A stretch of 42,906 nucleotides of DNA from positions 1 through 42,906 of IMG/VR virus record IMGVR_UViG_3300027710_000002; one strand, written 5' to 3'. The stretch is from a virus. Below are positions 7,619-16,053 of the stretch, in pieces (the first letter of the stretch is position 1; each line of letters opens with the position of its first letter). Under the pieces are notes generated by a model. That model saw nothing but the letters and a program-made list of their open reading frames with translations, was not told where the DNA came from and did no database searches. The translations under genes and the position numbers were made by a program.

Positions 7619-8065
7619 TTAAGAAAATAATTTTGTTAATAATTTATTGTGCTCAGCATTTGGATCGATGTATCCTTCTATCAATGTTTCAGGATCCTTT
7701 CCATTATTCTTTATAAAAGAGTGAGTATTAACAGATTCACCGTATTTTTTACAAGTTGCTGATAAAGTTGAGATTGCATCTACAGCAGAAGTTCCTTCAG
7801 GAAGTTCAATTCCGTTTGCTGTAAAAGCTGAAGCAATAGCAGTATCTATGGAACCTAGAGTAGCCGTATTTTCTGCAACTGTTGTAGTAAGATTTGTGAT
7901 CTGAGTATTCAGACCGCTAACATCATTGGCAGCCAAAGAAGATTCTATTGAATCTAATTGTTCCTCAGTAAGACGAACGTGTGATTTTGCAAAAGGATTT
8001 ACACCTGAATGAGTTTCCAAAACGGTCACTCCTAAAACGCCTAGAATTGCGGTATGTTTATTCAT
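7619..8065 (-). CDS. Scaffolding protein candidate
   Basis: 148 aa, Ala/Thr/Ser-rich and predicted helical, between the protease and capsid genes. Confidence 0.45.
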   Translation of the reverse strand: MNKHTAILGVLGVTVLETHSGVNPFAKSHVRLTEEQLDSIESSLAANDVSGLNTQITNLTTTVAENTATLGSIDTAIASAFTANGIELPEGTSAVDAISTLSATCKKYGESVNTHSFIKNNGKDPETLIEGYIDPNAEHNKLLTKLFS

Positions 8066-8067
8066 AA

Positions 8068-8877
8068 TTAAAATTTTAATAAGGCTTGTTCCAGAGTCAT
8101 TATTTCGTCCACCAAGCCAATTTTTAGGGCTTCTGTAGCGTTGTATGTCTTTCCTTTGAATACATGACCGTCATCCGAGAGTTTGTCGCCATAATTGGCT
8201 TTGATGGTCGATATAAATTCGTCTGTAATTATTTTAAGGCGCTCTTTGTAAGGCGCTTCGTTACCGCTGATCAATTCTTTGATGTCGGCATTTTTTTCTG
8301 TGGATTGTGGAGCATAGATTTCATAAATCTTTGCACCCCATTTTTCGAACATTGCTGAAAAGTCCTGAAATGATAAGTAAGTTCCAATAGAACCAATATG
8401 ACTTGCAAACGGACTGGCAATTTTCATGTTACATGCTGAAGCGATCCATTCAGCAGCTGAACATTGCATTTCTGATGTAAATGCAATTGTAGGTTTCTTC
8501 ATATTTTTGATGAAGTCTGCAAACTCAGCAGTTCCGGACACTTGACCGCCTCCGGAGTCGATATTAAATAGAACTCCGGAGATGTTTGGATTAGCATCAA
8601 TATTTCTGAGAATATTTTGCATGTCCAAGGTTCCGAGAGTATTGTATGTTGAATACTTTACAATCGGACCGATAATATTAAAAACAACTGGATATTTGCT
8701 CGCACCATTAGAATTGGCGCTCATCTGAAGATCAAGGGACTTAATAAATTTTTCCTGCACTTTTTCTGCAGAAACAAGAGTATTGGTTTTGAAGCCGATA
8801 ATCATTTCAGTTAAAAATGACATTAGATAATTTTTATCTATTGCCAGAGGAGTATTAAAAAAATTAAGTCCGTTCAT
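8068..8877 (-). CDS. Head maturation protease, S49 (SppA/ClpP-like) family
   Basis: Motif NIDSGGGQVSG and overall S49-like layout, upstream of the scaffold and capsid genes. Confidence 0.75.
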   Translation of the reverse strand: MNGLNFFNTPLAIDKNYLMSFLTEMIIGFKTNTLVSAEKVQEKFIKSLDLQMSANSNGASKYPVVFNIIGPIVKYSTYNTLGTLDMQNILRNIDANPNISGVLFNIDSGGGQVSGTAEFADFIKNMKKPTIAFTSEMQCSAAEWIASACNMKIASPFASHIGSIGTYLSFQDFSAMFEKWGAKIYEIYAPQSTEKNADIKELISGNEAPYKERLKIITDEFISTIKANYGDKLSDDGHVFKGKTYNATEALKIGLVDEIMTLEQALLKF

Positions 8878-8938
8878 CTTCTTGATTTCACGGACAAAAT
8901 TGTTTTAATTTCGAAGGTTAGTAAAGGACAGAAATTGT

Positions 8939-9394
8939 TTACAAATTCCTAATTTTGGGTTTAATAATAGTCTCTCCGGAGATCGCAATGGTGTATTCAT
9001 CATCTCCTGAATTATTATTGAGTCGATTATCTATGAAGTCGATTTGTAGAGGTTCCCGGCTATTTCCATAAAGTATTTTATCAGTATTGGTTACCTCAAT
9101 GATAACAAAACCTTTACGGTTAAAGTATTCTTCACATTTTTTGATGCTCTCCGGAGATAAATCTAATAAAGGAAAACTTATATCAATTTCAGTATAATCG
9201 TTTTTAAGCCTTCTTTTTGAATTTACACTCCGGGATAGTGTCTCCGGAACTATGTTAAAAATATACAAAGCTTTTTTGCGATCCGGAAATACTCCATTAA
9301 AAACATTAATGTAAGAAACATCGGACGCACGGTAAATTTCTAACGACCTTATCTCTCTAAAAAAAGACTCAGATTGGTTTATAAACTCTTCCAT
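8939..9394 (-). CDS. Hypothetical protein (151 aa)
   Basis: The ATG is preceded by the conserved 33-nt element also found at 39104..39136. Confidence 0.55.
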   Translation of the reverse strand: MEEFINQSESFFREIRSLEIYRASDVSYINVFNGVFPDRKKALYIFNIVPETLSRSVNSKRRLKNDYTEIDISFPLLDLSPESIKKCEEYFNRKGFVIIEVTNTDKILYGNSREPLQIDFIDNRLNNNSGDDEYTIAISGETIIKPKIRNL

Positions 9395-9423
9395 ATTTTC
9401 GGCGCAATTTTACACATAAATTT
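9391..9423 (-). repeat. Conserved 33-nt 5'-UTR/start-codon element, copy A (copy B at 39104..39136)
   Basis: 29/33 identity, including the 16-nt block CCATATTTTCGGCGCA. Both copies abut an ATG-GAA start. Confidence 0.8.
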
Positions 9424-9880
9424 ATTTGAATTTATGTAGGTTTTTTAATTTATAACGGTTAAAATCCTTTCTCAGAGTTTCGTAGGATAATTCCTCCTCT
9501 GTGATGTCATACATTGCAATAAAATCAAGAATCGTTGTCTGAAATTCAATTCCGTAATTGAGTTGATTAAAAATACAAGTGTTGTAAAGCTCCTCCCTGA
9601 TATTTCTTTCAATCAGGTGCGACAATTGGAAAGCTCGTTTTTGACCATGTTGGAAACCATTTCTTTGAGCCTTATCTAATCCTAACGTCATGGTAAAATA
9701 ATCGCTTTGACTTTGCATTTTGTTGAACGTATATCTTCGGTCCGACTTTTTTTGCAATGTGTTGATCACAACCATTCCAAACAACGTTGTTTCTTTGGCT
9801 TGATAATCTTTTCCGTATTTGATCTCTAAAATTTTTTTAAGGTACCGAGGAACCGGTAGGTGGAAAGTAATTTTTTGCAT
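9422..9880 (-). CDS. Hypothetical protein, first gene after the repeat-rich control region
   Basis: ATG start, 152 aa, no motif recognised. Confidence 0.55.
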   Translation of the reverse strand: MQKITFHLPVPRYLKKILEIKYGKDYQAKETTLFGMVVINTLQKKSDRRYTFNKMQSQSDYFTMTLGLDKAQRNGFQHGQKRAFQLSHLIERNIREELYNTCIFNQLNYGIEFQTTILDFIAMYDITEEELSYETLRKDFNRYKLKNLHKFK

Positions 9881-9980
9881 TCAGTTGATTAATAAGCTGC
9901 AAATAAATAATAAATCTGCTTACAATGAGAGTACAATTTTAGAAAAATATGCCTTAAAATATAGAAGTGATTTTGTAATT

Positions 9981-10127
9981 GTGTAAACCCATCATCAATA
10001 AAGGATTTACAGAGATTTTGTAAAGTGTAATGAGATTTTAACCCTTTTTTTTAAAGTGTAAACCCTTATTTTATTACAGATAATTCTGTAATTCTTTTAC
10101 TAGTTACACTTTAAAAAAAAAAGTGTA
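9981..10127. promoter_or_regulatory. Repeat/palindrome cluster, candidate late-operon control region or replication origin
   Basis: AAAGTGTAA occurs at 10022-10030, 10053-10061 and 10119-10127, with an inverted copy at 10104-10112. GTGTAAACCC occurs at 9981-9990 and 10056-10065. There is a perfect palindrome ATTACAGA-TAAT-TCTGTAAT at 10073-10092. Confidence 0.55.
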
Positions 10128-10238
10128 ATAAATATAAAATCAAACCTTTGCCAATACTATTACAGAATTACATCTTCAAAAACTATTTTAAAAAGTGGTG
10201 GAGAGGAGAGGGTGTTGCGAAATTCCCCCGGGTAATAT

Positions 10239-10272
10239 AAAAAAGGAATCCCCGGTGCTTTCGCCCGGGGAT
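10239..10272 (-). terminator. Intrinsic terminator ending the early/replication operon
   Basis: 8-bp GC-rich stem ATCCCCGG/CCGGGGAT with a 9-nt loop, then UCC-UUUUUU on the minus strand. Confidence 0.7.
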
Positions 10273-10414
10273 GACCTATTTATTTTTTTCTGTAAGTATG
10301 TAAGGGCGGTTGATTGGCTAAAGTGCCTGAGAATCGCCTAAAAATTTTTTTTCCTGATTGAGAACTGTATATGCTATTATGGACTAATGCACATGTCAGT
10401 GTAACAGTGTAACT

Positions 10415-10624
10415 TTAATTATTAATCCAATCTGTTAATGCTTCTACAACTTCTTGTAGGTTGCATTCTATATCTTCCAGTTCAGCCGTTTTCTCTTGAT
10501 ATTTTATTCCGGCATCGCTTTCTTGCCATTTTTCTGAACGACTCTCAAAGGTCTCTTCTCTCTTTTCAACTATTTCAGCAATTTTCTCAAATTCTGCATT
10601 TAATTTTTCAAGCGTTTTATTCAT
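10415..10624 (-). CDS. Hypothetical acidic coiled-coil protein (69 aa)
   Basis: ATG start, last gene before the terminator. Confidence 0.5.
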   Translation of the reverse strand: MNKTLEKLNAEFEKIAEIVEKREETFESRSEKWQESDAGIKYQEKTAELEDIECNLQEVVEALTDWINN

Positions 10625-10645
10625 GATTTTTTTTTTGTAAAATTA

Positions 10646-11125
10646 TTATTTTTTTTGAATAACATGAGTATTTTCATTATGTCCAATCTGTACGAAATTT
10701 TCAGCAAGGCTTTCATGATAAGCAGCTCTATCTTTAAACTTTTGAACATAATAGTTTATGTTTGCCTTGTCTTCAGGAAGTAAAACATTGGCATAAACCA
10801 ACTGATCTTCTAAAGACATACCTTCGCCTTCATATAAGAATCCTAGGCGCTTATTTGCCCTATAAATACCGTATAACCATTGATTGCTTTTCTTCATGCG
10901 GACTGCGATAATATCGAGTCCGGAGAATGCAATATTAAGCGTCAGAGGCTCTTCATTATAAGAAAGGATCTGCATTGGAATTTCCTTCAGTGTTGAATCT
11001 GAAATTGGATTGTTTTGGCTCAGCTTCTGCATTAAGTCTAATGATTTTAATATGCTCAGTTGTTTTCTTTTTTGTTCTTCCATTTTCGTCCGTTTTGATA
11101 TTTCCGTTTTCATCTCTTTCATCAA
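10646..11125 (-). CDS. Hypothetical protein. The likely true start is ATG 10975 (110 aa).
   Basis: The long version overlaps the primase-helicase 3' end by 170 nt in another frame. The internal ATG at 10973-10975 reduces the overlap to 20 nt. Confidence 0.5.
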   Translation of the reverse strand: MMKEMKTEISKRTKMEEQKRKQLSILKSLDLMQKLSQNNPISDSTLKEIPMQILSYNEEPLTLNIAFSGLDIIAVRMKKSNQWLYGIYRANKRLGFLYEGEGMSLEDQLVYANVLLPEDKANINYYVQKFKDRAAYHESLAENFVQIGHNENTHVIQKK

Positions 11126-13919
11126 GATTCTCCATTATTCTATCTTCAAACTCATATCCATTAACCTTGCACCAAATATTTGTTTTCTTTTTGAAAGCAT
11201 TAGAAGTCATATTGCCGAGATACTTGAAATTTTTCTGTTTTGCTTTTCCCAGAACATCATCCTTAATCATTTTCTGACCAATGATATTTGGATAAAACTC
11301 ATCAGCCCATTCTTTGAACCATTGTCCCATCTCAGTTAAATAAGCTCTCATTTTAATATTTCCGTCCGGAGCTTCTATCTTTGAATCTTGTTGCATGTAA
11401 AAAACTGTTGATTGAAAGACAAAATTTAAAAATTTAAACCATTGATCGGTTTTCCAGTCCAGGAATAAAGAATTATTAAAATCATCTTTCGGATCTCGTT
11501 TTTCTCTTTCGTCATTGGACGCATGGTAATAATCAGAAAAGCCCATAACCAACCTTCTACGGGTTGATGATCCGCGCTGATCTTTGATTGAATAGTTTGT
11601 TGAAACACCGAATTTTGGAGAATTCCTGTAAGCCAGATTAACTTTAGCTTCAAACTTTTCATTTACCGTCAACTTTGATGTGATAACAGAAAAGAAGCTC
11701 TCAAGGTTGAAATTCCGACGAACGTCGTCAAAAAGAATAAAATCTGTATGCTGGTTTACTCCTTCAAATAAGAATTTATCATTCTCAATATCGCCTTTGC
11801 CATCTATATCGTGTCGATTCATGAAATATCTCATTGCTTCAAAAAATAAAGATTTACCAGCTCCTCCTTCTGCAACATCGTCTTCAATTACGGCATTATC
11901 GGCAGCGAAAAGTACCCAAGGTTTGGTTGGATCCTTAAATCTATGTCCGGAATAACCAAAGGCAAAAATTTTATTGATTAAATGCTGTTTTTGCTCAGTA
12001 TTTTCTATGTCTGATAAAAATTTACTGGTAATTTCAAAAAGAGTTTTATCATAAAAGTCCTCTTCTTTATATCCAGCATCAATAAAATTTCCTCTTTCTT
12101 TTTCCCAGTGAATTCTTGATACCTGAACTAAATAATTTAAGAAATCACATTCTTTTGTTAGAATTTCTATATCGTAAAGACCATCGCCGGTTTTCCAAAT
12201 TTTAAAGTAAGGATTGTCAACTTTGAATTTTTTAATCTCTTTTGCAGTAATTTCGTGATCAGTTTCTTCTTTAATTAAATTATCTATTAATTGAGACTGC
12301 AGAACATAATTCTTAAAGTGAGGTTCCTGATCAATCCCGGCTTCTTTAATTCCATCTGCAGAAACATTAAACGCTCGATCCCCTAAAAAGAAATATTGCT
12401 TAGAAGGTGTGAAGTCAGTAAAATCTAAAGTCCGGTTGTGCATGTTTGCCAAATGTCCATCAGTGATTTTCTGAGAAGTAATAAGCATGTTTAAAAGTGC
12501 ATAAGGAATTTCTCTTACTCCAAGCTGATCTTGTTTCTCCAGGAGAAAGTTCCTGAAGAAATCTTTTATTGACTGTGTAGTCTTCAGTTCTTCAACAACA
12601 TGACCATGTACTCGTGCAAAGTAATATCCATCTTTTCTGGAGTGATCATCAATTCTGCAGAATCCGTTTAGTCTTAAAAAATAAAAGGCATACATGTGAT
12701 GAAAATTATATGTGGTTCTACCTTTTTCAGAAACCGATGCCTCCCAGAACTGAGCGGGCATTGCAAGACTTAACATCTTTTTAAGTTCATACCTGAGCTG
12801 ATCGATAGTTTTGCGCTGATTCGAACGTACAAAGTCTTTAATATCTTTTTGCCCGGCGAATTTGAAATATTTATCAAGCCATAAAGTTTTCATTGCCAGG
12901 AACTGAAGTGCGAGCTCTTTACCTTCACGTTTTCCTGTAGTGTCTGCATCCGGAATATAAACTACGTCATGAGCCATGTTCATCAATTCTTTCATCAAAA
13001 ATTTATCTACATTTTCCGTTTCAGAATTAAACCATATAACGTATTCTCCCAAGCTTAATAAGTTTAATCCATCACTTCCGCCGGTGGCGATACAGATTCT
13101 TTCAAGTTTGAAGTTTACATCTTTTGTAGGTATATCTTCAACTTTTTTCTTTTCCTTATCTGCAATTCTTTGTCTTTCCTCTTCAAACTTCTCTGCATAT
13201 ATTTTCCGTATACGATCTATTCCAAAGACAAAACCTTTAGGTCGACCACCAACGTGTCTAAAACGTCGGTCTTTTTTGTCATCTGAATACTTTTTACTGC
13301 CTTTCGGCATATATATTTTAAGCCATTGACCAATTTGCTTATCTGTGTTTATATATGCTAAAATTGGAAATTTGTCTGTGGCAATAAATCTGAAAACTTT
13401 CTTTTTTTCTTCATTGAAATAACTGTATTCTGACAGTGAATAAAGCTTTACTTCGGAACAATTTTCTTCTGTAACATGAGGTCCCAATATATCAAGCTCG
13501 TATTCACTAAAGTCCTTAGTTTCAAAATGAAATTTCTTTTCGTTTAAGTCATTAGGCGAATCCTCCAAATCATATTCCCTGAATTCATATTTATAAAAAG
13601 TTCTAGATTCTTCAAAAATTTCGATTCCTCTAGAGTTTTGTAGTTCCCGACCAATCTCTAGAATTGCTTCAGAATATGAAATGTTGTTTTCTAAAGAATA
13701 TAGTCCGAAGCAGTCTTGAGATTTGACGTCGCCACCCCAATCAGTAAGTCTATATCTGTCTTCGACTAATTTTAGCGATGCAGAAGCAGTTCTGTCATCA
13801 TTCCTGATTCTGAAATTTTTTCTTGTATCAGCTTCAGGGTATATTTTTAAAATTTCATCAAGACCGCCATTCGTAGCATTGAGAATTTTAATTGCGGAAT
13901 TTTTTAATGAATCGCTCAT
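10956..13919 (-). CDS. DNA primase / SF3 (P4-D5-type) helicase fusion
   Basis: Central Toprim-like region IATGGSDGLN ... YIPDADTTGKREG. The C-terminus has Walker A AEGGAGKS and Walker B ILFDDV. Confidence 0.75.
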   Translation of the reverse strand: MSDSLKNSAIKILNATNGGLDEILKIYPEADTRKNFRIRNDDRTASASLKLVEDRYRLTDWGGDVKSQDCFGLYSLENNISYSEAILEIGRELQNSRGIEIFEESRTFYKYEFREYDLEDSPNDLNEKKFHFETKDFSEYELDILGPHVTEENCSEVKLYSLSEYSYFNEEKKKVFRFIATDKFPILAYINTDKQIGQWLKIYMPKGSKKYSDDKKDRRFRHVGGRPKGFVFGIDRIRKIYAEKFEEERQRIADKEKKKVEDIPTKDVNFKLERICIATGGSDGLNLLSLGEYVIWFNSETENVDKFLMKELMNMAHDVVYIPDADTTGKREGKELALQFLAMKTLWLDKYFKFAGQKDIKDFVRSNQRKTIDQLRYELKKMLSLAMPAQFWEASVSEKGRTTYNFHHMYAFYFLRLNGFCRIDDHSRKDGYYFARVHGHVVEELKTTQSIKDFFRNFLLEKQDQLGVREIPYALLNMLITSQKITDGHLANMHNRTLDFTDFTPSKQYFFLGDRAFNVSADGIKEAGIDQEPHFKNYVLQSQLIDNLIKEETDHEITAKEIKKFKVDNPYFKIWKTGDGLYDIEILTKECDFLNYLVQVSRIHWEKERGNFIDAGYKEEDFYDKTLFEITSKFLSDIENTEQKQHLINKIFAFGYSGHRFKDPTKPWVLFAADNAVIEDDVAEGGAGKSLFFEAMRYFMNRHDIDGKGDIENDKFLFEGVNQHTDFILFDDVRRNFNLESFFSVITSKLTVNEKFEAKVNLAYRNSPKFGVSTNYSIKDQRGSSTRRRLVMGFSDYYHASNDEREKRDPKDDFNNSLFLDWKTDQWFKFLNFVFQSTVFYMQQDSKIEAPDGNIKMRAYLTEMGQWFKEWADEFYPNIIGQKMIKDDVLGKAKQKNFKYLGNMTSNAFKKKTNIWCKVNGYEFEDRIMENLDERDENGNIKTDENGRTKKKTTEHIKIIRLNAEAEPKQSNFRFNTEGNSNADPFL

Positions 13920-14329
13920 TTTTGATTTTCGTTATTATCTTCAGGTTCTGCTGAAGTTTGACTATTTTCATTTTTTACAACCTTGATCAGTTTGTTGTGA
14001 ACCGTTATATATCCGAGCTCTACCATCCGGTCTCGATACCAGGTTGTATTGACATTAAATTTGTCTCGGAGCAGCTGATAAAATTCTTTTTGGCTGATAA
14101 ATTTTCTATTACCTTGGAAAACTTCATTTATGAATTTTTTATAAAGCTTATTCTGATCAACTGGTCTCCGGTTTTTTTTATCTTTCAGATAATTATTGCT
14201 TTTGCTCAGGGATTTTTCATCTATCAATCTTTGCCGTTCCTCAAGTGTTTTTTTACCGTCATTTGGTATCCAGGTGTAACCATTAATTTTTTTATAACTC
14301 ATGTTATTCATCGGGTTTGAATTCATCAA
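13916..14329 (-). CDS. Hypothetical basic protein, possible DNA-binding replication accessory
   Basis: The codon at 14329 is TTG. ATGs occur at 14326 and 14302. Lys/Arg-rich. Confidence 0.5.
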   Translation of the reverse strand: MMNSNPMNNMSYKKINGYTWIPNDGKKTLEERQRLIDEKSLSKSNNYLKDKKNRRPVDQNKLYKKFINEVFQGNRKFISQKEFYQLLRDKFNVNTTWYRDRMVELGYITVHNKLIKVVKNENSQTSAEPEDNNENQK

Positions 14330-14570
14330 GGGCTAAAAGAAATAATCCAATCATAAGAAGTTCGCCTGGATTAACAGTTTCAATATTAACTGAACTCTCA
14401 AGTTTGCTTTTCCACTCTTCAAAATTGCTTTTTGGATTAAGTGAGATATATTCTCTAAAATTTAATTTGTGTCTATCCACTCCTTTAGTAATTTCTTTTT
14501 CTAAAGTTCCACCAGGGAAATCTGTTAAAATTTTTTCTTTTAGTTGAGATTTGAATTTTTCAAGTTCCAT
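14304..14570 (-). CDS. Hypothetical protein (88 aa)
   Basis: ATG start, co-directional with tight packing. Confidence 0.5.
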   Translation of the reverse strand: MELEKFKSQLKEKILTDFPGGTLEKEITKGVDRHKLNFREYISLNPKSNFEEWKSKLESSVNIETVNPGELLMIGLFLLALDEFKPDE

Positions 14571-14629
14571 GATTACCAGTTTTTTTTAAAATTCTATAAT
14601 TTGAAAATAGAAGGCAGATTTTTATTAAT

Positions 14630-14878
14630 TTATTCTTCATCCGGAATAACATTTTTTTTACACCAATTCTCTGCTGATTCCTGACTAAAGTCTCGAATAA
14701 AAGACTTTGCAGAATCAGTATTTTCAAAAGAAATATTTTCTTCCATCATACAATCATATCCACCGTCATCAATGTAGTAACTGTAAATTTTTACTATAGG
14801 ATTACTTGTTTCACTATCTACATCTCGAAAAACTAGTAATTGCAGATTAATTTTAAGTTGAAAAGCTTTGTAATTCAT
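14630..14878 (-). CDS. Hypothetical protein (82 aa)
   Basis: The ATG overlaps the stop of an upstream small ORF (ATGA). Confidence 0.5.
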   Translation of the reverse strand: MNYKAFQLKINLQLLVFRDVDSETSNPIVKIYSYYIDDGGYDCMMEENISFENTDSAKSFIRDFSQESAENWCKKNVIPDEE

Positions 14879-15054
14879 TTTTTTGTTTTTTCTAAATGAC
14901 TATAAGGTTTGTTTTCTAAGCATAACTGAAGCTTTTTTTTTGCAATTTCCGGCGAGCTTCCTCCCATCGTGATTATGCCCTTTATATTTCCCGGTATCAT
15001 GCACCAGGCAAGATGTATATTTCCATTTTTTCGAGTTTTAATATCTATGCTCAT
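14875..15054 (-). CDS. Small ORF (59 aa), not in the supplied track
   Basis: My own translation is MSIDIKTRKNGNIHLAWCMIPGNIKG...EKTKK. It fills an otherwise empty gap and has ATGA coupling to the next gene. Confidence 0.45.
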   Translation of the reverse strand: MSIDIKTRKNGNIHLAWCMIPGNIKGIITMGGSSPEIAKKKLQLCLENKPYSHLEKTKK

Positions 15055-15065
15055 TTTTATTGAAT

Positions 15066-15323
15066 TTATTTAAAAACAGTTGTAAAAGCTTCCGTTTTAT
15101 GAGTGGCTTGTGATTTTCCAGAATTCCTTGTTTCTTTATATTCTATTTTACCGGCACAATTTGCCCAATAAACATATTCACCATCATAAAACCGATAGAC
15201 TTTACATCCGTCTTTCTCAAACAAATATTCTAAATCGAAGTTTCCTGTTTTTTCAGTTGTTTTTCCTTCTCTTTTACAACTTGTTACAAGAACTGCAGAT
15301 AAAATGATAATAAATTTTTTCAT
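15066..15323 (-). CDS. Small lipoprotein (85 aa) in the early region
   Basis: Signal peptide plus lipobox MKKFIIILSAVLVTSC. Confidence 0.65.
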   Translation of the reverse strand: MKKFIIILSAVLVTSCKREGKTTEKTGNFDLEYLFEKDGCKVYRFYDGEYVYWANCAGKIEYKETRNSGKSQATHKTEAFTTVFK

Positions 15324-15330
15324 ATAATTT

Positions 15331-15570
15331 TTATTGATTTCTTGTTATAGATTTTATTTCGACTGTAATCTTTCGACTTATTTTAAGAACCGGATTTTTC
15401 TGAAAATCTGTAGGTTTTCCTTTATCCAGGATTACGAATTTGTTTTGGATAAATGTGCTGCCAAAAATTTCATTAAATAAAACATTAGCGTCAACCATGC
15501 ATCCTTTTTCAAAAGTGATTAATTTCCCGCTTTCTGTATCCTGAAAGCTATATTTACCGTTGTCTTTCAT
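15331..15570 (-). CDS. Hypothetical protein (79 aa)
   Basis: ATG start, tight packing. Confidence 0.5.
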   Translation of the reverse strand: MKDNGKYSFQDTESGKLITFEKGCMVDANVLFNEIFGSTFIQNKFVILDKGKPTDFQKNPVLKISRKITVEIKSITRNQ

Positions 15571-15572
15571 AA

Positions 15573-15770
15573 TTAGTCTTCGATAAAATTTTCAAGCTGA
15601 AGAACTTCTGACATCTTTCTATTTAGAGAGGCTTTTGTTTTAAAAACTTCGAGTGTTTTCCAAGACAGTTCATCAGTTTTACACTTGATTTTAAGATTTG
15701 AATAGTCCCTGCGCAGAATCATAAATCCTTTATTGATAAGCTTTTTAGCGTCATTGTCACTTAATGCCAT
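15573..15770 (-). CDS. Hypothetical protein (65 aa)
   Basis: ATG start, tight packing. Confidence 0.45.
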   Translation of the reverse strand: MALSDNDAKKLINKGFMILRRDYSNLKIKCKTDELSWKTLEVFKTKASLNRKMSEVLQLENFIED

Positions 15771-15790
15771 ATTTAAATTTTAAAATGTTT

Positions 15791-15826
15791 TAAAAACAAA
15801 ACCCGGAGCGAAGAATCGTTCCGGGT
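15791..15826 (-). terminator. Strong intrinsic terminator downstream of the tRNA-like gene
   Basis: 11-bp stem ACCCGGAGCGA/TCGTTCCGGGT (one G-U pair) with tetraloop AGAA, followed by UUUGUUUUU on the minus strand. Confidence 0.75.
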
Positions 15827-15910
15827 AAAAAAACTAATAACCATGAAAACTCAATTAAACATGAGAATCACTAATACGAGCGCAATTTCCTGTAGCTTAA
15901 CCCCTTATTG

Positions 15911-16053
15911 TGTAGAAGTCAGGATTCGAACCTGAACGAGAGTAGTCCTGCATATAGCTCCAAACTTGTTTATCCTCTCTTACTTTGGTTAGTTTACGGA
16001 CTCTTACGATGCTTTGATCTGCCGTCAGCGTCTGCCAGTTCCGCCACTTCTAC
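15911..16053 (-). tRNA. Non-canonical tRNA-like gene (143 nt). The acceptor, D and T arms are class-II (Leu-like), but the anticodon/variable region is replaced or interrupted by about 58 extra nt.
   Basis: Perfect 7-bp acceptor GTAGAAG/CTTCTAC. The D arm TGGCGGAACTGGCAGACGC is Leu-like. The T arm is TCAGG-TTCGAAT-CCTGA. I could fold no 5-bp/7-nt anticodon arm. Confidence 0.5.

Noticed and set aside
9981-10127. A possible CRISPR array or mini-array
   Set aside because: The repeats are only about 9-10 nt, occur in both orientations, are irregularly spaced, and have no cas genes nearby. They fit iterons or operators, not CRISPR.
10975-14320. Plus-strand ORFs antisense to the primase-helicase and its neighbours (10975, 11010, 11680, 12976, 13723 and 13958)
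   Set aside because: They are Phe/Leu/Ser/Ile-rich low-complexity translations, typical of the antisense of an AT-rich, Lys/Glu-rich coding strand. All are fully nested in much longer, motif-bearing minus-strand genes. The same reasoning applies to 2581, 3829, 6988, 7528, 8164, 24553, 25262, 26753, 27221, 29765, 29901, 31445, 33318, 34027, 35022, 37262, 38665 and 42623.
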